A DNA stretch of 32,000 nt, taken from the NCBI RefSeq assembly GCF_003351905.1, contig NZ_CP022339.1, positions 930,001 through 962,000 of the forward strand, read 5' to 3'. Shown in pieces: positions 1 to 7,621 of this stretch. Each line of letters opens with the position of its first letter. Positions within the stretch are counted from its first letter, which is position 1. A model generated the notes under the pieces. It was not told the origin of the DNA. It did no database searches and saw only the letters and a program-made list of their open reading frames with translations. The DNA comes from Candidatus Saccharimonadota bacterium (GTDB lineage Bacteria > Bacteroidota > Bacteroidia > Cytophagales > Amoebophilaceae). Made by a program: the position numbers and the translations under genes.

Positions 1-310
1 TGCTTATTCGCTGAGTTGCGCAGGCCCTATTGTGTTGACCAGTTCCAATAGTTTCGTGATTACGCCTATAAGTCCGCATAACCTCGCCCTACGCCCTTTG
101 GTGGTGCCCGACACCGCTTTATTAAGTTTTTTAGTTAAAAGTCAAGAAGTGCTCGTTTCTGCAGATGGAAGAGCGGTGCCTATAACTACTCAACAACCAT
201 TTGTGGTTAAAAAAGCGCCCTATTCATTGAAGCTGGTCCAGTTTAGCCAGGCCACTATTTTTGATGTGTTGCGTGAAAAATTTTACTGGGGATTGGATGC
301 CAGAAAGTAG
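1..310 (+). CDS. nadK: NAD(+) kinase, C-terminal part (5' end outside window)
   Basis: The frame is open from base 2. The translation AYSLSCAGPIVLTSSNSFVITPISPHNLALRPLVVP matches the conserved STAYSLSAGGPI / ITPICPH core of NAD kinases. The tail FDVLREKFYWG is also typical. Stop TAG at 308-310. Confidence 0.8.
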   Translation, partial: AYSLSCAGPIVLTSSNSFVITPISPHNLALRPLVVPDTALLSFLVKSQEVLVSADGRAVPITTQQPFVVKKAPYSLKLVQFSQATIFDVLREKFYWGLDARK

Positions 311-380
311 TAAGATGTAGTAGTTAATATTTAATTATGGCAGGAAGTAAAAGTTAGGCCTTACAGTTGTCAGTTAAGTT

Positions 381-404
381 TATGTTAGGTATGCTCCTAA
401 CATA
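381..404 (+). terminator. Possible intrinsic terminator hairpin downstream of nadK
   Basis: Perfect 9-bp stem tatgttagg / cctaacata with 6-nt loop tatgct, 70 nt after the nadK stop. The T-run follows only after about 10 nt, so this is weak. Confidence 0.3.
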
Positions 405-490
405 CGCGATTTGATTATTTTTTTCAAATACTAATTTTTGTGTTTGTTCACGAAACGGGTTCGTAAGGCCATTTTATTTTTACTTTTTTT

Positions 491-746
491 GTATGTATTC
501 AGCGCAGTGGTTTTTTGCGTCAAAAGAACCGCCCCTGTAAAAAGTCGTGGTGTAGAAAGTGGCATTTTACAGATGATGTGGAAAAACAGTTGCCTTTAAA
601 GCCCCCAAAGTGGGCGCTTTCTGTTTTTCCATCTGTAAGATGACACTTTCAGCGACTTTTTGCCGAGGGCTTGATTTTTTGTCCACTTTTTTATCAAGCA
701 AAAAGTGGGATAAAATTCATTATGAACCAGTATCGTGAAAAGATAC
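491..746 (-). mobile_element. MITE-like element, full-length copy A (inverted relative to copy B)
   Basis: The reverse complement aligns end to end with 23134-23392 at high identity. Terminal inverted repeats are gtatgtattcagcg (491-504) and rc gtatcttttcacga (733-746). Flanking direct repeats are cttttttt / cttttttc. There is no coding capacity beyond a spurious ORF. Confidence 0.85.
601..628 (+). terminator. MITE-borne GC hairpin plus T-tract (terminator-like)
   Basis: gccccc-aaa-gtgggc stem-loop (one mismatch) followed directly by tttctgttttt. It is read in the sense direction of the upstream nadK gene. Confidence 0.35.
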
Positions 747-1150
747 CTTTTTTCTTGATAAAAAATCAAGCGCATTGTTGTTAGGCAGTTAGGGGTGTTG
801 TGGCTGCGGATAAAGGAATATTGCATTTGACTTTCAAATAGTCTATTGGATAGTAGTGCGTTGAAGCTTTGATTTTTGTATAAATTATATTATACTGCAT
901 TAATCTGTATTTGAGTATGATTCTTTATAATACAGAAGGTTCTGGTATGTCTACTTAAGTCAGTTTGCTGTTCAAAAGAATAAGGTGTTCATACCTTATG
1001 TTCAACAATCATACGATTGCTAAGCCCGGCTAATGGTTATTGGTCTGCTTGCACGTTGTGTTAATGGAGAGTCGCTAATAAGCAGGGCGCTGTTGGCTGT
1101 TAAGTAGCCATACTATCCTATCATTTTTATTAAAAACAAAAAACAAAACA

Positions 1151-2602
1151 ATGGATAAAGATTTAAAACAAACAGATCACCTCAAATCGTCCAGCCATGC
1201 GTCAAAAAAGATTGTGGCTTTGTCATTTGTAGCTGCTGTGCAAACTGTGTCTTGTATAAGTGGTAGACGTCAAGGAGCAGCTCCTGTTCGTGAATCTACT
1301 CCTCTGTTATCTCTGAGTTTATCTGAATTTAAGAAGATACAGAAGGAGACAGCTAATACTGTTTCAGAAATATTTGCTAAACCCGATGAGGCATTGGCTA
1401 AATCACATGCGCAAGCCGCTTTTTTCAAGGCTATAGAAAAAGATGATTTAAAAGAAGTTCAGTGTTTGTTTCAGAATCAACAGATTCGCCCTAATACAGC
1501 AGAGAATCTTTTGAATTTACTTGTTCGGGCACTTCAGTGTAAGCGTGAAAAAATATTTAACTTTTTATTCGACGAATTCTTGAAAATATTTGACACTTCT
1601 GATTTAGAGTGTTTATATGCAAAAAATGAGGAGGGGCAAACGCTGCTGCATGTAGTCATTAGGCATAGGTTAAAGCCTACAATAGAGTCGCTAGTGGATA
1701 AGTTGCCTTTACAAGGTTTATGTGTGGGAGATAATCAGGGAAGGACACCATTAGACTTAGCTATTGCATCTAATCAGATCCATACTGTCGAGTTATTGGT
1801 AAAGAAGAAACTTCCTGCTCAAGAATTGGTTAAGGGCGTAATCTTAGCACTGAAGTATCAAGATACACTATCATTTAGGTATAAGCGTGAAAAAATAGTG
1901 CATTGTTTATTGAAAGCATTGTTGGAACAATGTGCCGTTTCTTCTCTAGGGCATTTATCTGCGAAAGATGAAAAAGGGAGGACCTTGCTACATCTATTGA
2001 TTAGACGTGGTGACATCAATGGTGTGCGGCTTTTAGCCAATGAACTTCCTTTAGAGGCTTTATGTGCGCAAGATAACAAGAGAAGGAGACCAATCGTTTT
2101 GGCGGCTCGTTCCAAGAGTCCCAAAATGTTTCAAATATTATTTGATAAGCTAATAGATAGCTTAGGTGAAGATGAGGCGGTTAAGACATTATTTAATGAA
2201 ACAGGTTCTTCTGTATTTGCATCTGCGTATTTGTCTAAACATCGGGACTTGGCAGGTTTATTGAATAATAGCCACCTCCAAATGCCCACTTTCCTTGTTA
2301 GAGGCTATAACATGTTTAAGTATATTATAAAAACGCTATCTGGTTCCCTGACATTTGACCAGTTGATGACTATTGGGCACGAGATTGATGACATAGAATT
2401 TGCCGGTATGCTTTACAGTCGATATGCTCGTTCTCTACGTTCTTTAATAGCGCCTTATATTGAGCAGAAAGCTGCTGAATCTGGAATAAAGATTAGCCGG
2501 CTCAAGTTCCACGAAGCACAGAAGAGAAAAAAACGTGACTGTATCAAAGGAAAGCAATATGATAGGGCAGCAAACGTAGACGAAGGGTATGTATCAGGAT
2601 AA
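1151..2602 (+). CDS. Ankyrin-repeat protein with hydrophobic, lipobox-like N-terminus
   Basis: Ankyrin consensus blocks are present (EEGQTLLHVVIRH, NQGRTPLDLAIASNQIHTVELLVKK, EKGRTLLHLLIRRGDINGVRLLA, RRRPIVLAARSKSPKMFQILFDKL). There is an internal duplication of a module of about 100 aa. The N-terminus reads KKIVALSFVAAVQTVSC. Confidence 0.8.
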   Translation: MDKDLKQTDHLKSSSHASKKIVALSFVAAVQTVSCISGRRQGAAPVRESTPLLSLSLSEFKKIQKETANTVSEIFAKPDEALAKSHAQAAFFKAIEKDDLKEVQCLFQNQQIRPNTAENLLNLLVRALQCKREKIFNFLFDEFLKIFDTSDLECLYAKNEEGQTLLHVVIRHRLKPTIESLVDKLPLQGLCVGDNQGRTPLDLAIASNQIHTVELLVKKKLPAQELVKGVILALKYQDTLSFRYKREKIVHCLLKALLEQCAVSSLGHLSAKDEKGRTLLHLLIRRGDINGVRLLANELPLEALCAQDNKRRRPIVLAARSKSPKMFQILFDKLIDSLGEDEAVKTLFNETGSSVFASAYLSKHRDLAGLLNNSHLQMPTFLVRGYNMFKYIIKTLSGSLTFDQLMTIGHEIDDIEFAGMLYSRYARSLRSLIAPYIEQKAAESGIKISRLKFHEAQKRKKRDCIKGKQYDRAANVDEGYVSG

Positions 2603-2682
2603 AAAAACGCAATTGAGGCGCACAAAAAGAACGTGAAGGCCTTGTAAGGCGTTTGGTTTTCCAGTCCTAAGTTGTACGCTAA

Positions 2683-2702
2683 GGCTAAGGGTTACCTTAG
2701 CC
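2683..2702. terminator. Hairpin at the convergent ANK / pepP junction
   Basis: 8-bp stem ggctaagg / ccttagcc with loop gtta. It overlaps the pepP stop codon (2697-2699). There is no strong T-tract on either side. Confidence 0.25.
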
Positions 2703-3976
2703 TTTACCCATTAACGCCTCTATTTCCTCCGCTTCTATAGGCATGTTTTCTGTTAAGTTTTGCACACCATCTGCCCTGATGACCACATTATTTTCTAGGC
2801 GTATACCAATCTTTTCTTTTTTAATATAAATGCCCGGTTCTATGGTCAGTACCATATTGGGCAAAATGATACCATGGGTATCGCCTAAGTCATGGGTACT
2901 TAGTCCCAGATGGTGTGAAATGCCATGCATGAAATATTTTCTATAGGCTGGTGCGGATTTGGGTTGGTTTTTAATATCTGTAGCGTCTATCAGTTTGAGT
3001 GCGATCAGTTCTGCTTCTACCCATTCCCCTACTGCTTTATGATAAGCTGTAAAAGAAAGCCCTGGACGCAATAGCGCCTGAGCAGCCTTTAAGATGCGTA
3101 ATACGGCATTGTATACTTGCCGTTGTCTGGTTGTAAATTTTCCATCAATAGGTATAACGCGCGTAAGATCAGCGGAATAATGCGCATATTCTGCCCCTAC
3201 ATCTATCAGTAACAATCCACCTGCTGGGCAGGGCTGATCGTTGTTAATATAGTGTAGAATACAACTATTCGCACCACTGGCCACAATAGGGGCATAAGCA
3301 AACCCTCTTGAGCCCCTTCGAAGAAAGGCATAGGCAAGCAATGCTTCTATTTCATATTCCATGATGCCAGGACGAACCATGGGTAATACAGATCGAAACC
3401 CAGCTTCTGTAATCGTGCACGCCTCTTGGATAAGGGTAATTTCTGCCTCTTCTTTTAGGCCACGTAGTTGTTGCATAATGGGTGCAAGGCGTCTATATTG
3501 ATGTAAAGGATAGTGCTCCTTGCACCAATTGATAAACCGTCTATCCCTAGTGGCTATAGACACATTTGCTCTTGGGTGTTCATTTGTGTTGAGGTATATT
3601 GCGCTCGCTAGCCCCATTAGGGTATGAAAGATTTGTTTAAATCCATTGGCCCAGTGTACGGTGGTAATCCCACTGATGGTGGTGGCCGCTTCTTTGGAAT
3701 ACTTTGGCCCCTCCCAAATGGCAAGTTGTGCGTCTGTTTCTTTTATAAATAAAATTTCTTTCCATTCCTCTTTGGGGGCATCTGGATAGAGTAGTAAAAT
3801 CGTTTCTTCCTGATCGATACCAGATCACTGTTTTGTACAAATGGCATCGTCCCATCTGTGTTTGTCGGCATTATATCATTGGCATGCAATACCACCAAGC
3901 TATTGGCATGCAGTTGCATGACCAGTTTGTTTCTGTTCTGTATAAATAGATTTGGGTCAATCGTTCTATAACGCAT
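2697..3976 (-). pseudogene. pepP: Xaa-Pro aminopeptidase (M24B, PepP-like) interrupted by a frameshift
   Basis: The N-terminal domain ORF 3743-3976 reads FIQNRNKLV...TDGTMPFVQNSDL. The remaining frame reads GIDQEETILLLYPDAPKEEWKEILFIKETD...HWANGFKQIF and continues into ORF 2697-3617, which carries M24 motifs (LIDVGAEY, HGISHHLGL, LTIEPGIY). The two frames meet at about 3815-3830, and the conserved F-Y-L-T residues between QNSD and GIDQEE are missing. Confidence 0.7.
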
Positions 3977-4063
3977 AAGATTGGGGTTAAAAGAATTCGG
4001 TTAAACGCTTAGGCAGGCCCTATTCATTAACCGTTGATTGGGCTGCTTGCGCTAGAATAGGTT

Positions 4064-5854
4064 TTATGTCAACAAAGTGGCCAAGCTATCTTTTGATAAC
4101 ATGATGCATATTTTTCTGCCATCTGGTGTGTACATCGTATTGCTAGATGAAAATAGTTGCGCCAACAAGGCATCTATCTCAACGCCATTTAGCTTGGTAC
4201 CATGTGGTATACTCGCTTTTTTGGCCAATGCCCTGATGCAACATTCTGCAGGTTCTAGTTTATGTTTGCTGTTGTTCCATTTGAGTTGTTCTATAAGTCC
4301 TTCCAATAATTGCTTGGGTGTATGGTGGCTGAGTTCAGCTGGACAGCCATGGATAATAATAGTAGAGGTGCCAAATGGATCAATGATAAAACCTAATGAG
4401 CGTAAAATGGCTTCATTTTCTAGTAAAACCATATAATCAACAGGGTTTACGACTAGATGCTCCGGCATAAGTAACTGTTGTGATGCTCCATTTTTATTTT
4501 GAAAATGAGTTATAAATTTGTCATACAATACCCGCTCATGTGCTGCTTGTTGGTCAATTAACAGTGCACCGGATTGTACTTGCACGATAATGTAGCTGGC
4601 ATATAGTTGTACAGCTGTTCCTGCGCCATGTTGATGGGGCAATGCCCCAACCGTTTGCGCTGATATAGGTGTTGCGCTGTTGTCTTTGGGATCCTCAAAT
4701 AAACTTTTCCCATCTTTAGGTGGTACAAAGGATGGAAGAGAAGGCGCTGCTTTAAATTGTGTGTACGTACGCTCTTTTGCGGCTTGGGGGCTGTTTATTT
4801 GGATAGGATGGGTAAAGCGCAGCAGTGAAAAATTGGTATCCTGCTCAAAATCTAAAGAATCAACTACGTGATGGGTCGCTAAACTTTTTTTAATGGTTGC
4901 TTGCAAAATCGCATAAAGCGCTTTTTCATCTTGAAACTTAATCTCAGTTTTAGTAGGGTGTACGTTTATGTCAATCCATTGAGGATCAATGGTTAAATAT
5001 ATGGTGTAAAAAGGGAAACCATCTGCTGGTAAAAGTCTATCGTATGCATTTTTAATCGCGTGGTTTAAAAATGGACTCTTTATAAATCGCTGGTTTACAA
5101 ATAAAAATTGTTCTCCTCTTGTTTTTTTGGTATATTCTGGTTTGCCTATATAGCCTTCTATAGTCACTATATTGGTTGTTTCTTTACAAGGGATCAGTTG
5201 TTTTTTATAACTTTCTCCAAATAAGTGTACAATTCGATGGCTTAATTTTTCTGGTGCAAGTTTATATATTTCCACATCATTGTGATAAAGTTTCCATCCG
5301 ATGGCTGTTCTAGCGAGTGCGGCATGGTGGACCTCTTCTAGGATGTGCTTGAATTCTACAGGGTTAGATTTTAAGAAGTTTCTACGAGCTGGTATATTAT
5401 AAAATAGATTTTTAACACTGATCTTAGTGCCTGGTGCGGTAGCGATGGTCTCTTCTTTTTTGATCTTAGATCCTTCTATGGAAATATAGATACCAGTAGC
5501 TGCTTCATGTAGACGGGTTTCCATTTCTACCTGTGCGACTGCTGCAATAGAGGCCATAGCCTCTCCTCTAAAGCCCATGGTTTGGATTTTAAATAAATCA
5601 TCTGTGTGGGCAATCTTAGAAGTGGCATGTTTTTCAAAACAGATGCGTGCATCTACTGCACCCATGCCTATCCCATCGTCAATCACTTGGATAAGTTGCT
5701 TGCCTGCATCTTTTATAACAATTTTGATGTTTTTGCTTTCGGCATCTATTGCGTTATCTAGTAGCTCTTTAACGACAGAGGCAGGGCGTTGCACTACTTC
5801 ACCAGCTGCTATTTGATTAATCAGTAGATCAGAGAGAAGACGAATTTTATTCAT
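4064..5854 (-). CDS. mutL: DNA mismatch repair protein MutL
   Basis: The N-terminus MNKIRLLSDLLINQIAAGEVVQRPASVVKELLDNAIDA and the GFRGEA motif indicate a GHKL ATPase. The C-terminal endonuclease-type motif is DQQAAHERVLYD. The ATG at 5854 is preferred over the ORF-track start at 5893. Confidence 0.92.
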   Translation of the reverse strand: MNKIRLLSDLLINQIAAGEVVQRPASVVKELLDNAIDAESKNIKIVIKDAGKQLIQVIDDGIGMGAVDARICFEKHATSKIAHTDDLFKIQTMGFRGEAMASIAAVAQVEMETRLHEAATGIYISIEGSKIKKEETIATAPGTKISVKNLFYNIPARRNFLKSNPVEFKHILEEVHHAALARTAIGWKLYHNDVEIYKLAPEKLSHRIVHLFGESYKKQLIPCKETTNIVTIEGYIGKPEYTKKTRGEQFLFVNQRFIKSPFLNHAIKNAYDRLLPADGFPFYTIYLTIDPQWIDINVHPTKTEIKFQDEKALYAILQATIKKSLATHHVVDSLDFEQDTNFSLLRFTHPIQINSPQAAKERTYTQFKAAPSLPSFVPPKDGKSLFEDPKDNSATPISAQTVGALPHQHGAGTAVQLYASYIIVQVQSGALLIDQQAAHERVLYDKFITHFQNKNGASQQLLMPEHLVVNPVDYMVLLENEAILRSLGFIIDPFGTSTIIIHGCPAELSHHTPKQLLEGLIEQLKWNNSKHKLEPAECCIRALAKKASIPHGTKLNGVEIDALLAQLFSSSNTMYTPDGRKICIMLSKDSLATLLT

Positions 5855-6102
5855 TATATTTGATGCAATGGGATAATAAGCATGTTTGCACAACTATCTT
5901 TAATCATAGGTATCCATGTTATCTACCTATTGTGGCGTAGGTTGTGCCTTTGCCAATATAATAGATAGATAAAGTGTTGTGAAATTTTTTTTCCTGTCAT
6001 ACACAAGCTTATGAAAAGTTGGCCAATTGTTTATTAGAAACGGCTTGTATCCATTTATAACTGTTTGATTTTTTTGGTATGGTGCATAGCTAGTCTCTAG
6101 CT

Positions 6103-6178
6103 GTCTATGCACGAAATGGGTTAGTAAGGTAATTTTATTTTTACTTTTTTCTTGATAAAAAAGTGGGCAAAAGACCCT
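6103..6178 (+). mobile_element. MITE-like element, partial copy E (5' part only)
   Basis: gtctatgcacgaaatgggttagtaaggtaattttatttttacttttttcttgataaaaaagtggg aligns with copy D (440-490 plus 747-765) and with the 5' part of copy B, including the ccacttttttt..aaaaaagtgg hairpin. Confidence 0.6.
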
Positions 6179-6351
6179 GCACCTATATCAGTAGTCAAGT
6201 AAGTAGCAACTAATGGAATACCCCCATACATTTTATAAGCAATCGTATATTCTTCCATAGTTTTAGCGCCTTTCCCTGTAAAAACTCCTACTAAAAAGGT
6301 AATTAATAAAAAAATATATACGATGCTCTGATCTAGATCTATCCAGTTCAT
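6121..6351 (-). pseudogene. N-terminal remnant of a sodium:solute symporter-like membrane protein, truncated at MITE copy E
   Basis: MNWIDLDQSIVYIFLLITFLVGVFTGKGAKTMEEYTIAYKMYGGIPLVATYLTTDIGAGS resembles the TM1 / loop / TM2 start of SSF-type transporters. From about 6178 downward the reading frame is MITE sequence (FAHFFIKKKVKIKLPY) and then stops. No further transporter sequence follows. Confidence 0.5.
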
Positions 6352-6579
6352 ATTCTTAATTTTTTGTTTTTATGATTAATGTTTACTACCATATTCAAAT
6401 AAAATCATGATTAAAAATTTGGCAAGACATGATTAACAAGCCTTTAAATCAACTGTAATTGCAATATTTTTAATGCTGATTGTAAGTTATATAGTGTATG
6501 TTTTTGCTTGAATCAAATGAAGTATTATTATGATATCAGTACATTAGTTTAGTTAAAATAAAGCAACAAGATAATCGTC

Positions 6580-7188
6580 ATGGCTTTTTTATATACTATT
6601 AATGGCATATCAGGTACTCCTAGAAAAGAAATCTCCTGTTTCATAGCGGAATATTTTCAAAAAAAAGGAAAAACACAAACTCTCATAGCTGATCCGAAGG
6701 GCTTTAGCTATGGAAGGCTAGCTAACCGTATAGTCATGAATCATCATATTGCACTATCTAGTTTTACAGAAGCTTTGCTTTATCTTACTTGTAGCAAAGA
6801 AATATTTGATCAGGTTGATTGGGATAACAATTCTATCGTGGTTTCTAGAGGGTCTTTTTTAGAAACCTTTGGTTACCAAAATCAATTGGCTGATTGGGAC
6901 CTAGAAGATGCTAGAAAGATTTTTCTTCTATTTGTTAAGCATATAAAGAATATTTATCCTCTTCTTTCTATAGTTCTTACAGAAGATTACGTAACAGCTG
7001 AAAAACGTGCTGGTAGTAAGTTTGAATATAAAGATGAGCAAGAAAAATATTTAAATGATTCGAATCGCTTTTTGCAGATTAAGCATCACCCTCTTATTCA
7101 AGAGATCGGAATCAAAGTAGTCAATGTGGAAGTAAAAAGCAGAAACCTAAGAAAAGTGTTTCAAGAAGAGATAGAACCTATTTTATAG
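6580..7188 (+). CDS. Thymidylate kinase-like protein with degenerate P-loop
   Basis: It is collinear with the Tmk layout: FLYTINGISGTPRKE (P-loop position), ADPKGFSYG (REPGGT position), TEALLYLTCSKE (EALLFAADR position), IVVSRGSFLETFGYQ (DRY..S..AYQ position), and a LID-like AEKRAGSKFEYKDE. However GxxGxGK[ST] is replaced by GISGTPRK, and DR by SR. Confidence 0.6.
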   Translation: MAFLYTINGISGTPRKEISCFIAEYFQKKGKTQTLIADPKGFSYGRLANRIVMNHHIALSSFTEALLYLTCSKEIFDQVDWDNNSIVVSRGSFLETFGYQNQLADWDLEDARKIFLLFVKHIKNIYPLLSIVLTEDYVTAEKRAGSKFEYKDEQEKYLNDSNRFLQIKHHPLIQEIGIKVVNVEVKSRNLRKVFQEEIEPIL

Positions 7189-7200
7189 ATAAATTGTGTG

Positions 7201-7243
7201 TAATACTTATTTTTCATCGTATAACAAGCTGTATAGACTTAGA
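7201..7243 (+). repeat. Short dispersed repeat shared with the upstream regions of the two paralogous genes
   Basis: taatacttatttttcatcgtataacaagctgtatagacttaga resembles tatactatatatttttc/aatataacaagctgtctgtcttaga (23117-23133 plus 23393-23425) and 21541-21570. Confidence 0.4.
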
Positions 7244-7621
7244 AGCGGATAGGGAACTCAGTTTAACAAAAGCACTAGTTGAATTCAAAAAAAGGAGTGG
7301 AGAACTATTTGTGAGGCTAGATAAAGCGTTAAATGGTTTATTGACTTTCTTTAAAAAGCCAGTATTAGACTGGTCAAGATTGTGCCTGAAAGACAAGTAT
7401 AGAAAAATAAGAATTTCAACCTTAAATAGGCTCAAAGAAATACCCCTTAATCCTTAACTTGACGCCTATGGTTAAGCGAACACTTCCGCGAACTTTTTAG
7501 GACTATATATTTATGGTATTGATCTACTGTATAACAACTAACTAATCAGTATATATTGTTTATATCAGAGATACTTTACTTTTTATATAAAGATAATAAA
7601 TTCAAACAGGTTTATAGTATC

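Larger units (their letters stand above)
440..790 (+). mobile_element. MITE-like element, older degenerate copy D, split by insertion of copy A
   Basis: 440-490 (gtgtttgttcacgaaacgggttcgtaaggccattttatttttacttttttt) aligns with the 5' end of copy B (23134-23181) and with copy E (6103-6150). The hairpin motif resumes at 747 (cttttttcttgataaaaaatcaag). The 3' end is not recognisable. Confidence 0.55.

Noticed and set aside
596-826. ORFs of 67-90 aa running through the MITE copies (596-826 minus, 23160-23363 plus, 25945-26217 plus, 26003-26254 minus), sharing the peptide KKWTKNQ.LGKKSLKV.SYRWKNRKRPLWGL
   Set aside because: The shared peptide simply reflects nucleotide identity of the repeat. The stops and frames differ between copies. 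The deleted copy C changes frame. The sequence is dominated by palindromes. The ORFs are far too short for a transposase.
1858-2124. 88-aa minus-strand ORF inside the ankyrin gene. Similar antisense ORFs lie at 7675-7881, 11441-11653, 13885-14070, 16645-16860, 17086-17343, 17467-17655, 18264-18533, 19192-19395, 20481-20786, 21969-22154, 24185-24712 and 29754-30044.
   Set aside because: Each lies within and antisense to, or out of frame with, a longer ORF that has clear family motifs.
4077-5816. Plus-strand ORFs 4077-4436, 4680-4871 and 5577-5816
   Set aside because: All are antisense shadows inside mutL with no recognisable motifs.
5927-6112. 61-aa minus-strand ORF between mutL and the MITE fragment
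   Set aside because: It is short, has no motif, and does not continue the symporter sequence. It is probably non-coding.
7194-7457. 87-aa ORF between the Tmk-like and AAA-ATPase genes (with its antisense partner 7214-7435)
   Set aside because: It has no recognisable motif, begins inside a dispersed repeat, and both strands are open, which is typical of AT-rich non-coding DNA. It could be a gene relic, but I cannot support a call.
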